A stretch of DNA of 64,000 bases from Thermoplasmata archaeon (lineage in GTDB: Archaea; Thermoplasmatota; Thermoplasmata; Lutacidiplasmatales; UBA184), in the NCBI GenBank assembly GCA_035504395.1, contig DATJRX010000028.1:20717-84716 (forward strand), written 5' to 3'. The notes under the pieces are model-generated. The model was not told where the DNA came from, searched no databases, and worked only from the letters and a program-made list of their open reading frames with translations. The first letter of the stretch is position 1. Each line of letters starts with the position of its first letter. Of this stretch, positions 25,158 through 34,918 are shown one piece after another. The translations under genes and the position numbers were made by a program.

Positions 25158-25496
25158 GTGCCGCAAGCGCCGGTCGAGGGGGGCCGCACCGTCGTGCTGG
25201 GCGAGCGCGAGCTCGCCATCGGGTTCCGCTTGATCGGCCTCAAGGACGTGGTCGAAGTGACCCCGGAGGACGCGGTCGAGCAGTTCCTCAAGGTCATGGG
25301 CGATCCGACGTTCAACCTCGTGATCGCGAGCCAGTCCATCCGCGGACGGCTCTCCGAGTCCCAACGGGCGCACGCGGACGCATCGCTCACCCCGCTGGTC
25401 GTGTTCGTCCCGACCCCGACCGGCGATTTCGAGGTCGAGAGCATCAACGCGCTCGCGAAGCGCGTCCTCGGTGTCACGCTCGCTGCCGCCAGCTAG
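25158..25496 (+). CDS. atpF: A-type ATP synthase subunit F
   Basis: 112 aa. VVLGERELAIGFRLIGL...NLVIASQSI...TPLVVFVP is the typical V/A-ATPase F subunit pattern. It sits directly upstream of atpA. Confidence 0.85.
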   Translation: MPQAPVEGGRTVVLGERELAIGFRLIGLKDVVEVTPEDAVEQFLKVMGDPTFNLVIASQSIRGRLSESQRAHADASLTPLVVFVPTPTGDFEVESINALAKRVLGVTLAAAS

Positions 25497-25511
25497 CGCG
25501 GAGGTACTTCG

Positions 25512-28500
25512 ATGGGAGTGGTCGGGAGGGTCAGCGGTCCGGTCGTCATCGCCGAAGGTCTCGAGGGCGCGAAGATGTTCGACGTCGTTCGCGTCGGAGC
25601 CCAGGGGCTCGTCGGCGAGATCATCCGTCTCGTCGGGGGGAACGCCACGGTCCAGGTGTACGAGGACACGACCGGCATCCGACCGGGCGACCCGGTCGAG
25701 AACACCGGCCAGGCGCTCTCGGTCGAGCTCGGCCCGGGGCTCCTCAAGTCGATCTACGATGGCGTCCAGCGCCCGCTCGACGTGATCCAGAAGAGCGTGG
25801 GCGACTTCATCACGCGCGGGTTCGTCGTGCCCCCGCTCGACGAGAAGGCGAAGTGGGAGTTCACCGCGACCGCGAAGGCCGGGGACGCGGTCAGCGCCGG
25901 GGCGGTCCTCGGGACGGTCCAGGAGACGCCGCTCATCCTCCACAAGATCCTCGTCCCACCCGGTGTCGAGGGCACGATCGGCAAGATCGCGAGCGGCACC
26001 TACACGATCCGCGACCCGATCGGATCGGTCAAGACCGCGAACGGCTCCGAGACGCTCTACCTGAGCCACAAGTGGGTCGTGCGCGTGCCGCGCCCGGTCA
26101 AGGAGAAGCTCGCCCCGGGCATCCCGCTCATCACCGGACAGCGGGTGGTGGACTCGTTCTTCCCCGTCGCGAAGGGCGGCACGGCCTGCGTGCCCGGACC
26201 GTTCGGCTCCGGGAAGTGCGTCGGCCGTGACACTCCGGTCCTCCTGGGCGACGGCACGATCGCCCCCATCGACGAGATCTTCGAGCGGTGCCGGTCCCTC
26301 GGCGACCTTCGGGTCGACGGGTCCGACGAGTGGCTCACGCTCCGCCAGCCCCTCGAGCTCCACTCGCTGGTCGGCGATCGCATCGTGAAGAGCCGGACGA
26401 CGACCCTCTACCACGGGAAGAGCGACTCGCTCGTCCGGATCCGGACGCGGAGCGGCCGCACCGTCCGCGTTACGCCGGTGCACCGGCTGTTCACCCTCGG
26501 GCCGGACGGCGCGCTCCGGGAGACGATGGCCCGGGACCTTCGGCCGGGCGAGTACGTCGCGTCCGTGCGGACGCTGCCGTCCCCCCGGGGGGAGACGCCC
26601 CTTTCGTTCCACCTCGACCTTCTCCCGGGCCGGGAGAGGCCGATCCGGGTTCCCGAACGCATGTCGCCCCTCCTCGCGGAGTTCCTCGGCCTGTTCGCCG
26701 CCGGGGGACGCCTTCGAGGGAAGGCCACGGTCGAGTTCTCCGCCGACGAGCCGGATCGGATCCCGCAGTTTCTCTCCCTCGCGTCCGCCCTCTTTGGGGT
26801 CGCGGGGAGCGTCGAGCGGCGATCCGCCCGGGCCCCGAGCGGGCGCATCCACAGCCGCCTCCTGGTGGACCTTCTGGACCAGATCGGTACCGGCCGGCGC
26901 GCGGAGGAGAAGCGCATCCCACCGGCGGTCCTCAGCTCGGGGAATGAGGTTCTCGGCGCCTTCCTCCGGGGCTACTACCTCGGCGGGGGAGGGATCGTGG
27001 GCGGGGAGATCGAGCTCGGCGCCGCGAGCCAGCGGCTCCAGATCGAACTCTCGTACGCGCTCGCGCGATTCGGCATCACGTCCTCCCTCGGTCGCCGCGT
27101 CGTGGACGCGAACGCGCCCTACCGGCTCCTCGTGCGCGGCCCGCTGAACCTGACCCGCCTGACCGGGGCCCTTCGTTCGGTCGCGCCCACGATCGCGCAG
27201 GACCGGCAGCCCATCGACGCGCCGCGGATGCCCTACCCTATGACCGACGTCCGGCCCCGGTCGCCGGGGCCCGTGGAAGGCTGGTACCGGGCCCCGACCG
27301 GCCCCTCCGCCGGGACGCCCGCGGGCTTCGAGGTCTCGGGCCCGATCGGCCATCCAGAGGGGATGGGCACGACCCCGTTCCTCCCCTCCCTGGCGGCGCC
27401 GCCGATGGACGATCCGCTCCAGACCCAGGATCCGACGGCGGCCCGTCGCGCCGTGCTCCTCGAGACCGTCTTCGGCGACGAGATCACGGAGGTCCGCGTC
27501 GAGCCCGACGGCCCGTTCGACGTCTACGACTTCGCCGTTCCGGACCACGGGCTCAACTTCGTCGGTGGGTTCGGAGGACTCCTCCTCCACAACACGGTCA
27601 TCCAGCAGCAGCTGGCGAAGTGGGCCGACTCGGACATCGTGGTGTACGTCGGCTGCGGCGAGCGCGGGAACGAGATGACGGAGATGCTCACCCTGTTCCC
27701 GACCCTCGTCGATCCGAAGAGCAAGCGCCCGCTGATGGAGCGCACCGTCATGATCGCCAACACATCGAACATGCCGGTCGCCGCCCGCGAGGCGAGCGTC
27801 TACACCGGCATCACGATCGCCGAGTACTACCGCGACATGGGCTACGACGTGGCCCTGATGGCCGACTCGACCAGCCGGTGGGCGGAGGCGATGCGCGAGA
27901 TCTCGGGCCGCCTCGAGGAGATGCCGGGCGAGGAAGGGTACCCGGCGTACCTCGGCCGCCGGATCGCCGAGTTCTACGAGCGCGCGGGCCGCGTGGTCGT
28001 GCTCGCGCCCGAGCCGCGCAACGGGTCGGTCACGGTCGTCGGCGCGGTGTCGCCGGCGGGCGGGGACACCTCCGAGCCCGTCAGCCAGAACACGCTGCGC
28101 GTGGCGCGCGTCTTCTGGGCGCTCGACGCATCGCTGGCGTCGCGCCGCCACTTCCCGTCGATCAACTGGCTGCAAAGCTACTCGCTCTACGTCAACGATC
28201 TCTCGCCGTGGTTCGCCCAGAACCTCTCGAAGGAGTTCTTCCCGCTCCGCCAGAAGGCGCTCGAAGTGCTCCAGAAGGAGGCCGAGCTCCAGGAGATCGT
28301 CCAGCTGGTCGGCGTCGACGCGCTCCCCGAGCGCGAGAAGGCGATCCTCGACGTGGCCCGCATGATCCGGGAGGACTACCTCCAGCAGAGCGCGTACGAC
28401 GACGTCGACACCTACTCCTCGATCCAGAAGCAGTACCGGATGCTCCGGGCGATCCTCCACTTCGGCGACCAGGAGCAGGAGGCGATCGGCAAGGGCGCGA

Positions 28501-28649
28501 CCGTCGCGCAGCTGCAGAAGCTGCCCGTGCGGACCAAGCTGTCCCGGATGAAGTGGATCCCCGAAGCCGAGCTTACGGCGCAGTTCGACGCGCTCGAGCT
28601 CGAGATGGGGCAGACCGTGGGCCAGCTGGCCGCGGCCGGAGGCGCGTGA
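25512..28649 (+). CDS. atpA: A-type ATP synthase catalytic subunit A, interrupted by an intein
   Basis: 1045 aa. The extein halves join as ...VPGPFGSGK|[30 protein letters not shown]..., giving a 586-aa A subunit. The Walker A motif is split by the intein. Confidence 0.95.
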   Translation: MGVVGRVSGPVVIAEGLEGAKMFDVVRVGAQGLVGEIIRLVGGNATVQVYEDTTGIRPGDPVENTGQALSVELGPGLLKSIYDGVQRPLDVIQKSVGDFITRGFVVPPLDEKAKWEFTATAKAGDAVSAGAVLGTVQETPLILHKILVPPGVEGTIGKIASGTYTIRDPIGSVKTANGSETLYLSHKWVVRVPRPVKEKLAPGIPLITGQRVVDSFFPVAKGGTACVPGPFGSGKCVGRDTPVLLGDGTIAPIDEIFERCRSLGDLRVDGSDEWLTLRQPLELHSLVGDRIVKSRTTTLYHGKSDSLVRIRTRSGRTVRVTPVHRLFTLGPDGALRETMARDLRPGEYVASVRTLPSPRGETPLSFHLDLLPGRERPIRVPERMSPLLAEFLGLFAAGGRLRGKATVEFSADEPDRIPQFLSLASALFGVAGSVERRSARAPSGRIHSRLLVDLLDQIGTGRRAEEKRIPPAVLSSGNEVLGAFLRGYYLGGGGIVGGEIELGAASQRLQIELSYALARFGITSSLGRRVVDANAPYRLLVRGPLNLTRLTGALRSVAPTIAQDRQPIDAPRMPYPMTDVRPRSPGPVEGWYRAPTGPSAGTPAGFEVSGPIGHPEGMGTTPFLPSLAAPPMDDPLQTQDPTAARRAVLLETVFGDEITEVRVEPDGPFDVYDFAVPDHGLNFVGGFGGLLLHNTVIQQQLAKWADSDIVVYVGCGERGNEMTEMLTLFPTLVDPKSKRPLMERTVMIANTSNMPVAAREASVYTGITIAEYYRDMGYDVALMADSTSRWAEAMREISGRLEEMPGEEGYPAYLGRRIAEFYERAGRVVVLAPEPRNGSVTVVGAVSPAGGDTSEPVSQNTLRVARVFWALDASLASRRHFPSINWLQSYSLYVNDLSPWFAQNLSKEFFPLRQKALEVLQKEAELQEIVQLVGVDALPEREKAILDVARMIREDYLQQSAYDDVDTYSSIQKQYRMLRAILHFGDQEQEAIGKGATVAQLQKLPVRTKLSRMKWIPEAELTAQFDALELEMGQTVGQLAAAGGA
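26217..27593 (+). mobile_element. Intein (459 aa) in the atpA P-loop, with a degenerate LAGLIDADG endonuclease domain
   Basis: It starts with Cys (TGC 26217-26219; [13 protein letters not shown], block A). Block B is RVTPVHRLF. It ends ...[12 protein letters not shown] (AAC 27591-27593) and is followed by Thr +1. The LAGLIDADG-like motifs are [12 protein letters not shown] (26673-26708) and [14 protein letters not shown] (26952-26993). Confidence 0.85.
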
Positions 28650-28650
28650 G

Positions 28651-30069
28651 ATGGCCGCGAAGGGAGCCCCGACCGCGTCCGACGTGCCGATCGACTACCG
28701 GACCGTCGACCGCGTGACGGGCCCGCTGCTGTTCGTGCGCGACGTCGCGAACGCGGCGTACGGCGAGATCGTGGAGATCAGCCTCCCGAGCGGCGAGCGC
28801 CGCCAGGGCCAGGTGCTCGACTCCCGGAAGGGGCTCGCGATCGTGCAGGTGTTCGGCCCCACGATGGGGATGAACATCGAGGCGACCAGCGTGAAGTTCC
28901 TCGGGGAGGTCGCGACCCTTCCGGTCTCGGACGAGCTGCTCGGCCGCGTGTTCAACGGGCTCGGGGAGCCGCGCGACGGGGGCCCGAAGATCGTCAGCGA
29001 GACCCAGCTCGAGATCGTCGGGAACGCGATGAACCCCTACTCGCGCGAGGAGCCGAGCGAGTTCATCCAGACGGGGATCTCCACCATCGACGCGATGAAC
29101 ACCCTCGTGCGGGGGCAGAAGCTCCCGATCTTCTCGGGGGCGGGGCTGCCGCACAACCAGATCGCGGCGCAGATCGTGCGGCAGGCGAAGCTGCGGAACT
29201 CCGACGAGCAGTTCGCGGTCGTCTTCGCCGCGATGGGGATCACGAGCGAGGAGGCGAACTACTTCCTCAAGGAGTTCGAGTCGACCGGGGCGCTCGAGCG
29301 CGCCGTCGTCTTCCTCAACCTCTCCTCGGACCCCTCGATGGAGCGGGTCGTGACGCCGCGGATGGCGCTCACGGCCGCGGAGTTCCTCGCATACGAGCGG
29401 GACTACCACGTGCTGGTCGTGCTGACCGACATGACGAACTACTGCGAGGCGCTCCGCGAGGTCTCGGCCGCGCGCGACGAGGTGCCCGGGCGCCGGGGGT
29501 ACCCCGGCTACATGTACACCGATCTCGCGACGATCTACGAGCGCGCGGGGAAGATCCACGGGCGCAAGGGGTCGATCACGCAGCTTCCGATCCTCACGAT
29601 GCCCGCGGACGACGTGACGCACCCGATCCCGGACCTGACCGGCTACATCACCGAGGGCCAGATCTACGTCAGCCGCGAGCTCCAGCGCCGCGGCGTCTAC
29701 CCGCCGATCGACGTGCTCCCCTCGCTCTCGCGGCTGATGAACCAGGGGATCGGGAAGACCCGGACGCGGGAGGACCACCGCGGGGTCGCCGACCAGCTGT
29801 TCGCGACGTACGCCACCGGGAAGGACCAGCGCGCGCTATCGGCGATCGTCGGCGAGGAGTCGCTCTCCCCCGTCGACCGGCTCTACCTGCGGGCGGCGGA
29901 CCGGTTCGAGACGGAGTTCACGAACCAGCGCCCCGACGAGGACCGCACGATCGACCAGAGCCTGTCGATCGGCTGGGAGATCCTCTCCGACCTTCCGGAC
30001 GGCGAGCTGAAGCGGATCAAGCCCGAGTTCATCCAGAAGTACCGCACCCACCCGAGCGCGATCCAGTAG
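28651..30069 (+). CDS. atpB: A-type ATP synthase subunit B
   Basis: 472 aa. Conserved strings are GPLLFV...[38 protein letters not shown] and [11 protein letters not shown]. Confidence 0.95.
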   Translation: MAAKGAPTASDVPIDYRTVDRVTGPLLFVRDVANAAYGEIVEISLPSGERRQGQVLDSRKGLAIVQVFGPTMGMNIEATSVKFLGEVATLPVSDELLGRVFNGLGEPRDGGPKIVSETQLEIVGNAMNPYSREEPSEFIQTGISTIDAMNTLVRGQKLPIFSGAGLPHNQIAAQIVRQAKLRNSDEQFAVVFAAMGITSEEANYFLKEFESTGALERAVVFLNLSSDPSMERVVTPRMALTAAEFLAYERDYHVLVVLTDMTNYCEALREVSAARDEVPGRRGYPGYMYTDLATIYERAGKIHGRKGSITQLPILTMPADDVTHPIPDLTGYITEGQIYVSRELQRRGVYPPIDVLPSLSRLMNQGIGKTRTREDHRGVADQLFATYATGKDQRALSAIVGEESLSPVDRLYLRAADRFETEFTNQRPDEDRTIDQSLSIGWEILSDLPDGELKRIKPEFIQKYRTHPSAIQ

Positions 30070-30092
30070 GCCGGGGGACCAGGGAGGCGAAC

Positions 30093-30740
30093 GTGCCCGC
30101 GGAAACCGTCCGCCCGACGCGGCTCGAGCTGCTGCGGACCCGCCGCCGCATCGTGGTCGCGCGGAAGGGGCTCAACCTGCTGAAGCTCAAGCGCACGGCG
30201 CTCATCGTCGAGTTCTTCGCGATCTCGAAGGAGGCGATGCGCCTGAGGGGCGACCTCCAGAAGCGGATCGCGCACGGATACGAGTCGATCCGGATGGCCG
30301 AGATGATGGAGGGGCCGACGCGCCTCGAGAACATCTCCATGCTGCTGCCGGACGTGCTGCCGGTCCGCGTCGCGACCAAGAACGTGATGGGCGTCCGCAC
30401 GCCGCGCGTCGACCGCAGCGCCTACGCCCCGGTCGCCGCGCCCGCGCTCCTCGACCTCTCGACCTCGGTCAATGAGTCGATCCGCCACTTCCAGGGGATC
30501 TACGCGGTCGTCCTCGACATCGCCGAGAAGGAGAACGCGCTCCGTCGGCTCCTGAAGGAGATCGAGAAGACCAAGCGCCGGGCCAGCGCGATCGAGAACG
30601 TGCTGATCCCGCGCCTGCAGGGGACCGTGCGCTACATCAAGTTCCGGTTCGACGAGCTCGAGCGCGACTCCTTCAGCATGCTGAAGGCGGTCAAGCGCAA
30701 GATCGAGCAGGAGGAGGCGAATGCCGTCAGCGCCGCCTAA
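30093..30740 (+). CDS. atpD: A-type ATP synthase subunit D
   Basis: GTG 30093 is preceded by a GGGAGG purine tract. VRPTRLELLRTRRRIVVARKGLNLLKLKR... and a C-terminal coiled coil are typical of subunit D. Confidence 0.9.
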   Translation: MPAETVRPTRLELLRTRRRIVVARKGLNLLKLKRTALIVEFFAISKEAMRLRGDLQKRIAHGYESIRMAEMMEGPTRLENISMLLPDVLPVRVATKNVMGVRTPRVDRSAYAPVAAPALLDLSTSVNESIRHFQGIYAVVLDIAEKENALRRLLKEIEKTKRRASAIENVLIPRLQGTVRYIKFRFDELERDSFSMLKAVKRKIEQEEANAVSAA

Positions 30741-30849
30741 TGCGATGGTGCGGCGGTTCGCCGCGATCCAGGCCGTGAGCCTGGCGGTCAAGATCGCGGC
30801 CGTCGCCCTCCTCGCCGTGCTCGTCGTCCGCTACGTGGGAGGGTTCTGA
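30721..30849 (+). CDS. Possible 34-42 aa single-TM micro-protein between atpD and atpH
   Basis: Not in the track because it is under 60 aa. My translation is MPSAPPNAMVRRFAAIQAVSLAVKIAAVALLAVLVVRYVGGF. ATG 30721 overlaps the atpD end; ATG 30745 would start after it. The stop lies 2 nt before the atpH GTG. It could be a chance ORF. Confidence 0.25.
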   Translation: MPSAPPNAMVRRFAAIQAVSLAVKIAAVALLAVLVVRYVGGF

Positions 30850-30851
30850 GC

Positions 30852-31220
30852 GTGAGCGCAAGTTCCAGCACGACCGCCGCCGCCGACAGCCCCGGGTCGA
30901 TCGAGGCGCTGAAGCGCGTCCGGGCGACCGAGATCGATTGGGAGCAGCGTCTTCAGGCGGCCCAGCAGCAGGCGGCCGCCGAGATCGCCCGCCTCCGCGC
31001 CGAGGCCGACGCGGCGATCAAGGCCGCGCAGTCCGAGGCGGACCAGGAGCGCGCCCGGAAGGTCCAGGCCGCGCGCGCGGACGCCGACCGCGAGGCGGCC
31101 GGGATCCTGGCCGACGGCGAGCGGGCGGCGAACGACGCCGCGAAGGGGGAGGGCCGCCGACCCGTCGACCGGGCGGACGCGATCCGAGCGGCGGTCCTCG
31201 CCGGGTTCCTCGGCGACTGA
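30852..31220 (+). CDS. atpH: A-type ATP synthase subunit H (V-type G-like peripheral stalk)
   Basis: 122-aa Ala/Glu/Arg/Gln-rich coiled coil (IEALKRVRATEIDWEQRLQAAQQQAAAEIARLRAEADAAIKAAQ...). Its position immediately before atpI supports the call. Confidence 0.65.
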   Translation: MSASSSTTAAADSPGSIEALKRVRATEIDWEQRLQAAQQQAAAEIARLRAEADAAIKAAQSEADQERARKVQAARADADREAAGILADGERAANDAAKGEGRRPVDRADAIRAAVLAGFLGD

Positions 31221-31231
31221 CGGAGACGGAC

Positions 31232-33259
31232 GTGGGAGTGCTGCGCCCGGCCCGGATGGTCAAGATCGGCCTTCTCGGCCTGCGGGACGACGAGGGCCGC
31301 ATCCTCAGCCTCCTCCACGACCTGCGCCTGGCCCAGATCGAGCCGCTCTCCCCCGCGGCGCTCGCCGAGCTCGTGCCCGAGCGGGGCACCGAGACCCAGC
31401 GGTCGATCGGCGACGAGGCGCTCCGGTTCCGGGGCCTGAAGAGCGCGCTCCCGCGCGTGCCGGACGGCGCCCCGACCCGCCTCGACTCGATCGAGCAGAT
31501 CCTCGCGGCCGCCCGGGCCGTCCCGATCGACGCGGAGGTCGGCGACCTCAAGCGCGAGGACGACCGGCTGACGAGCGAGGAGAAGACGCTCGACGAGCGG
31601 ACCGCGCTCCTCGAGCAGCTCGCGTTCTACCGCGACCGCCTCGAGTTCCTCCACGCGAAGAGCTTCGTCTCCTTCCTCGGCACCGGCGAGCCCGAGGCGC
31701 GTCTGGCCGTCGCGAGCGCGCTCCCCCGGGAGGCCGACGCCCAGTTCCTCGACGACCCGACCCGGCCGGGCCGGTTCATCGTCTCCCTGCGGACCCACCT
31801 CGCGGACGCCCTCACGCGGGCCGCCCAGGCGAGCGGGGTGCGCCTGGTCGCGGTCCCCGTCCTCTCGGGCACCCCGGCGGAGGAGATCGCGCTCGCCCGC
31901 GAGGCGCGCGCCCGGGTCGTCGCCCGCCGGGCCGAGATCGCGCGCCGGCTCGCCGAGATCAGCGTCCGGTGGTACGGCACGGTCGCGGCGATCGACGAGG
32001 CGCTGCAGATCGAGGCCCGGAAGATCGAGGTCCTCTCCAAGGTCGGCGCCGGCCGGACGACGTTCGCCCTCGAGGCGTGGGTGCCCGAGCGGGACCTGGC
32101 CCGGCTCGAGGGCCTGATCCGCGACGTGAGCGCGGGCCGGACCTACGTCTACCGCGTCCCGACCGAGGAGGAGCCGCCGACGCTCATGGACAACCCGCGG
32201 GGGATCCGCCGGTTCGAGTTCTTCATCAAGTTCTACTCGCTGCCGCAGGCGACCGAGTGGGACCCGACCCTCGTCTTCGCGCTCGTCTTCCCGCTGTTCT
32301 TCGGGCTCATGCTCGGCGACTGGGGCTACGGGCTCACGATCCTCCTGATCTGCCTGTGGATGATCGCGGGCTTTCCCGGCGCCGCCGGGCTCCCGAAGTT
32401 CGGGAAGAACTTCGTCAAGCGGATCATGAGCCCCTCGGGCATGCAGTCGCTCGCCTACACGCTCCTCCCCGGCTGCGTGCTGGCGATCGGGCTTGGCCTG
32501 TACTGGGACGAGTTCTTCGGCTACCCGCTCTTCCTCCACTGGTTCGGCTACCACGCCCCGAGCGACCTCCACTCGAACCCCGGCTTCGTCGGCGTCCTCC
32601 TCCTGTTCGCCGGGTTCATCGGCCTCGGGATGGTCACGCTCGGGTTCCTGTTCGGCCTCCTCAAGGAGCACTTCCACCACCACCCCCGCGGGGTCCTCGG
32701 GAAGTTCGGCGGGATCCTGTTCGCGTGGGGGATCGCGTTCTTCGGCCTGTCGCTCCTGAAGCCGAAGACGCTCGGCGCGCTCACGTCGGCCGGGTTCTCG
32801 TTCTCGAGCCCGCTGTTCCTGACCTATCTGGGGCTGATGGTCCTCGGCCTGCTGCTGCTGTTGGGCGCCGAGGGCGTGATGCAGGGCGCGATGTCGATCA
32901 TCGAGGTCCTGAGCCACATCCTGTCGTACACGCGGCTCGTCGGGATCCTGCTCGCGAGCATCATCCTCGCGCTCGTGATCAACACGATCGGCGGCGGCCT
33001 CCTCTACGGGGGGACCGCGGTGACGCTGATCGCCGGCCTCGTCATCATCGTGATCGGCCAGTCGTTCAACGTGATCCTCGGCGTCTTCGAGCCCGGCATC
33101 CAGGGCGCGCGGCTGATCTTCGTCGAGTACTTCTCGAAGTTCTACTCCGGGAACGGGCGTCCGTTCCGCCCGTTCGGCGCGGAGCGCCGGCACACGGTCT
33201 CGACCGTCGGGCCCGACGGCCTCGCCTCGGGGCCGCTGGTGCAGAGCCCGACCGAGTGA
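31232..33259 (+). CDS. atpI: A-type ATP synthase subunit I (a-subunit, stator/proton channel)
   Basis: In-frame GTG 31232; GTG 31238 and ATG 31256 are alternatives. VGVLRPARMVKIGLLG is typical of the N-terminus. The soluble coiled-coil half is followed by about 7 TM helices, including ...LSHILSYTRLVGILLAS with the essential Arg. Confidence 0.85.
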   Translation: MGVLRPARMVKIGLLGLRDDEGRILSLLHDLRLAQIEPLSPAALAELVPERGTETQRSIGDEALRFRGLKSALPRVPDGAPTRLDSIEQILAAARAVPIDAEVGDLKREDDRLTSEEKTLDERTALLEQLAFYRDRLEFLHAKSFVSFLGTGEPEARLAVASALPREADAQFLDDPTRPGRFIVSLRTHLADALTRAAQASGVRLVAVPVLSGTPAEEIALAREARARVVARRAEIARRLAEISVRWYGTVAAIDEALQIEARKIEVLSKVGAGRTTFALEAWVPERDLARLEGLIRDVSAGRTYVYRVPTEEEPPTLMDNPRGIRRFEFFIKFYSLPQATEWDPTLVFALVFPLFFGLMLGDWGYGLTILLICLWMIAGFPGAAGLPKFGKNFVKRIMSPSGMQSLAYTLLPGCVLAIGLGLYWDEFFGYPLFLHWFGYHAPSDLHSNPGFVGVLLLFAGFIGLGMVTLGFLFGLLKEHFHHHPRGVLGKFGGILFAWGIAFFGLSLLKPKTLGALTSAGFSFSSPLFLTYLGLMVLGLLLLLGAEGVMQGAMSIIEVLSHILSYTRLVGILLASIILALVINTIGGGLLYGGTAVTLIAGLVIIVIGQSFNVILGVFEPGIQGARLIFVEYFSKFYSGNGRPFRPFGAERRHTVSTVGPDGLASGPLVQSPTE

Positions 33260-33263
33260 GCGC

Positions 33264-34340
33264 CTAGAGGCGCGGCGCCACGAGCATCGGCTCGAGACGC
33301 TCGTTCGGGACCGCGTACATCTTGCCGAAGGCGATGCGCCGCAGGTCGGCCCGCTCGAGCTCCGCGAGCAGGAGGAACGTGAAGATGACGCTCAGCGAGA
33401 GCGGGTAGGTCTTGAGTCGCTTGAGCTCCGCGACGGCGCGGTCGCGCGTCGCCGCGACCTCGAAGCCCGTGAGGCTCGCGTCCTCCCGGAAGAGATCGTT
33501 CCCCTCCCCGATGGTCGGGAAGTGGTCGGCGAGCCGCTCCGCGAGCTCGGGCACGCCCCGGGCCCCGTAGAGGTCGGGCGCCTGCGTCGCCGCGATCGTC
33601 CCGCCCTCGATCCACCGGGCGAGCACCTCCTCGAGCGGAAGGTCGACCGCTTTCCCCTTGAGCAGCAGGAGCGCGTTCCGCACGTCGATCTCGCTCGCGA
33701 GCAGCTGGCGGACGACCCACTCGTCGCCCTGGAAGAACTTCGCGGTCTCGCGGACCTGCGCGTAGTACTCGCGGTCGAGCGCGAGCAGGACCGGGAAGAT
33801 GTCGTGGCTGCGCTCGAACTGCTCCAGCAGCGGAAGGAGCGTGCCTCCGTAGCCGAACTTGACGAGCTGGGCGACCGTCGCCTCCAGCGACGGCTGGGCG
33901 AGGAGGCTGCGGTAGTCGTCGAGGGTGAGGACCCCGGCGTACAGGCCCGCGGGGATGTCGCGGCTCGAGATCAGGTGCTCCTCGGTCTCGGAGATCGGCC
34001 GGCCCTGGGCCTTCGCCGAGAGGATCAGCTCGATGTTCTGCCGGTCGTAGCGCGTGAGGTAGGCGCCGACGACGGCCCGCCCGGCGAACGGGGTCGCCTC
34101 GAACGCGTGGCGGTTGCGCCGCACGAAGGTCCGGTTCGTCGCGATCTCGATCAGGGCGATCCCCTGGAAGGCGGCCCGGGCCTGCTGGACATCCGCGCCG
34201 TACGGCGTCGCCTCGAGCACCTTCGCGAGCTCGCCGACGTCCCGGGCCCCGACGAGCTGGGCGTACGTCTCCCGGCCGAGGAACGCGGTGAACTCGGGCT
34301 TGAGGCGCCCGAGCGCGCTCGCGTACGCCGAGGACGCCAC
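33264..34340 (-). CDS. atpC: A-type ATP synthase subunit C (V-type d-like)
   Basis: 358 aa, all-helical, with GTG start at 34340. The pattern LEATPYG...IEIATNRTF...LTRYDRQNIELIL is typical. Its stop lies 4 nt from the atpI stop on the other strand. Confidence 0.85.
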   Translation of the reverse strand: MASSAYASALGRLKPEFTAFLGRETYAQLVGARDVGELAKVLEATPYGADVQQARAAFQGIALIEIATNRTFVRRNRHAFEATPFAGRAVVGAYLTRYDRQNIELILSAKAQGRPISETEEHLISSRDIPAGLYAGVLTLDDYRSLLAQPSLEATVAQLVKFGYGGTLLPLLEQFERSHDIFPVLLALDREYYAQVRETAKFFQGDEWVVRQLLASEIDVRNALLLLKGKAVDLPLEEVLARWIEGGTIAATQAPDLYGARGVPELAERLADHFPTIGEGNDLFREDASLTGFEVAATRDRAVAELKRLKTYPLSLSVIFTFLLLAELERADLRRIAFGKMYAVPNERLEPMLVAPRL

Positions 34341-34350
34341 GCGTACCCCC

Positions 34351-34902
34351 TTACGCGAGGATCGCGCGGACCCGGTCCTCGCGCAGGCGCAGGAGCTCGT
34401 CGAACGAGAGGTTCAGCCGGCGGCTGCCGTCGGCGCTCTCCGCGACGATCCCGCCGAGGATCGGCTGCGGCGTCGGGTCGAACGACTTCCCGGCGGCCTT
34501 CTGCAGGCGGGCCGCGTCCTCGGTCCGTCCCATGACCTTGATCTGGCGACCGAGCTCGTCGTTCGCGACCTGGACCATGCGCTTGAGCACGTTCGGGTAC
34601 TCCGGCCGGTCGGTGAACGACGCGAGGAGGTCGCGGGTCTCGCGGAGCGCCCCCTCAAGGCGCTGCTCGCGGGCCTCGTAGAGCCGCTTGCGCGCCTGGA
34701 GCTTCGCGGCGGCGATCCGCTGCACCCGCTCCCGCGCGATCTCGGCGTCCGTGGCGCGGGCGGAGGTCGCCCGGATCTCCGCGATCGCCCGATCCCGCTC
34801 GTCGACGATCTTCGCGGCCTGCGCCCGTTCGGCGGCCTGAAGGGCCGCCATCTCGGCCTGGGCGCGGGTGCGGATCTCCTCGATGAGCGTGTCGAGGGTC
34901 AT
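34351..34902 (-). CDS. atpE: A-type ATP synthase subunit E
   Basis: 183 aa with an N-terminal long coiled coil (LIEEIRTRAQAEMAALQAAERAQAAKIVDE...) and a C-terminal globular domain ...GGIVAESADGSRRLNLSFDELL. Confidence 0.8.
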   Translation of the reverse strand: MTLDTLIEEIRTRAQAEMAALQAAERAQAAKIVDERDRAIAEIRATSARATDAEIARERVQRIAAAKLQARKRLYEAREQRLEGALRETRDLLASFTDRPEYPNVLKRMVQVANDELGRQIKVMGRTEDAARLQKAAGKSFDPTPQPILGGIVAESADGSRRLNLSFDELLRLREDRVRAILA

Positions 34903-34918
34903 GGGCCGTCGCCCAGCG

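Noticed and set aside
24942-28460. 1172-aa minus-strand ORF
   Set aside because: It is antisense to atpF and atpA, including the intein. It is a low-complexity shadow ORF.
30938-31231. N-terminal 98 codons of track ORF 30938-33259
   Set aside because: This part overlaps atpH in another frame and is Arg/Gly-rich. Subunit I homology starts at VGVLRPARMVK, so I started atpI at GTG 31232.
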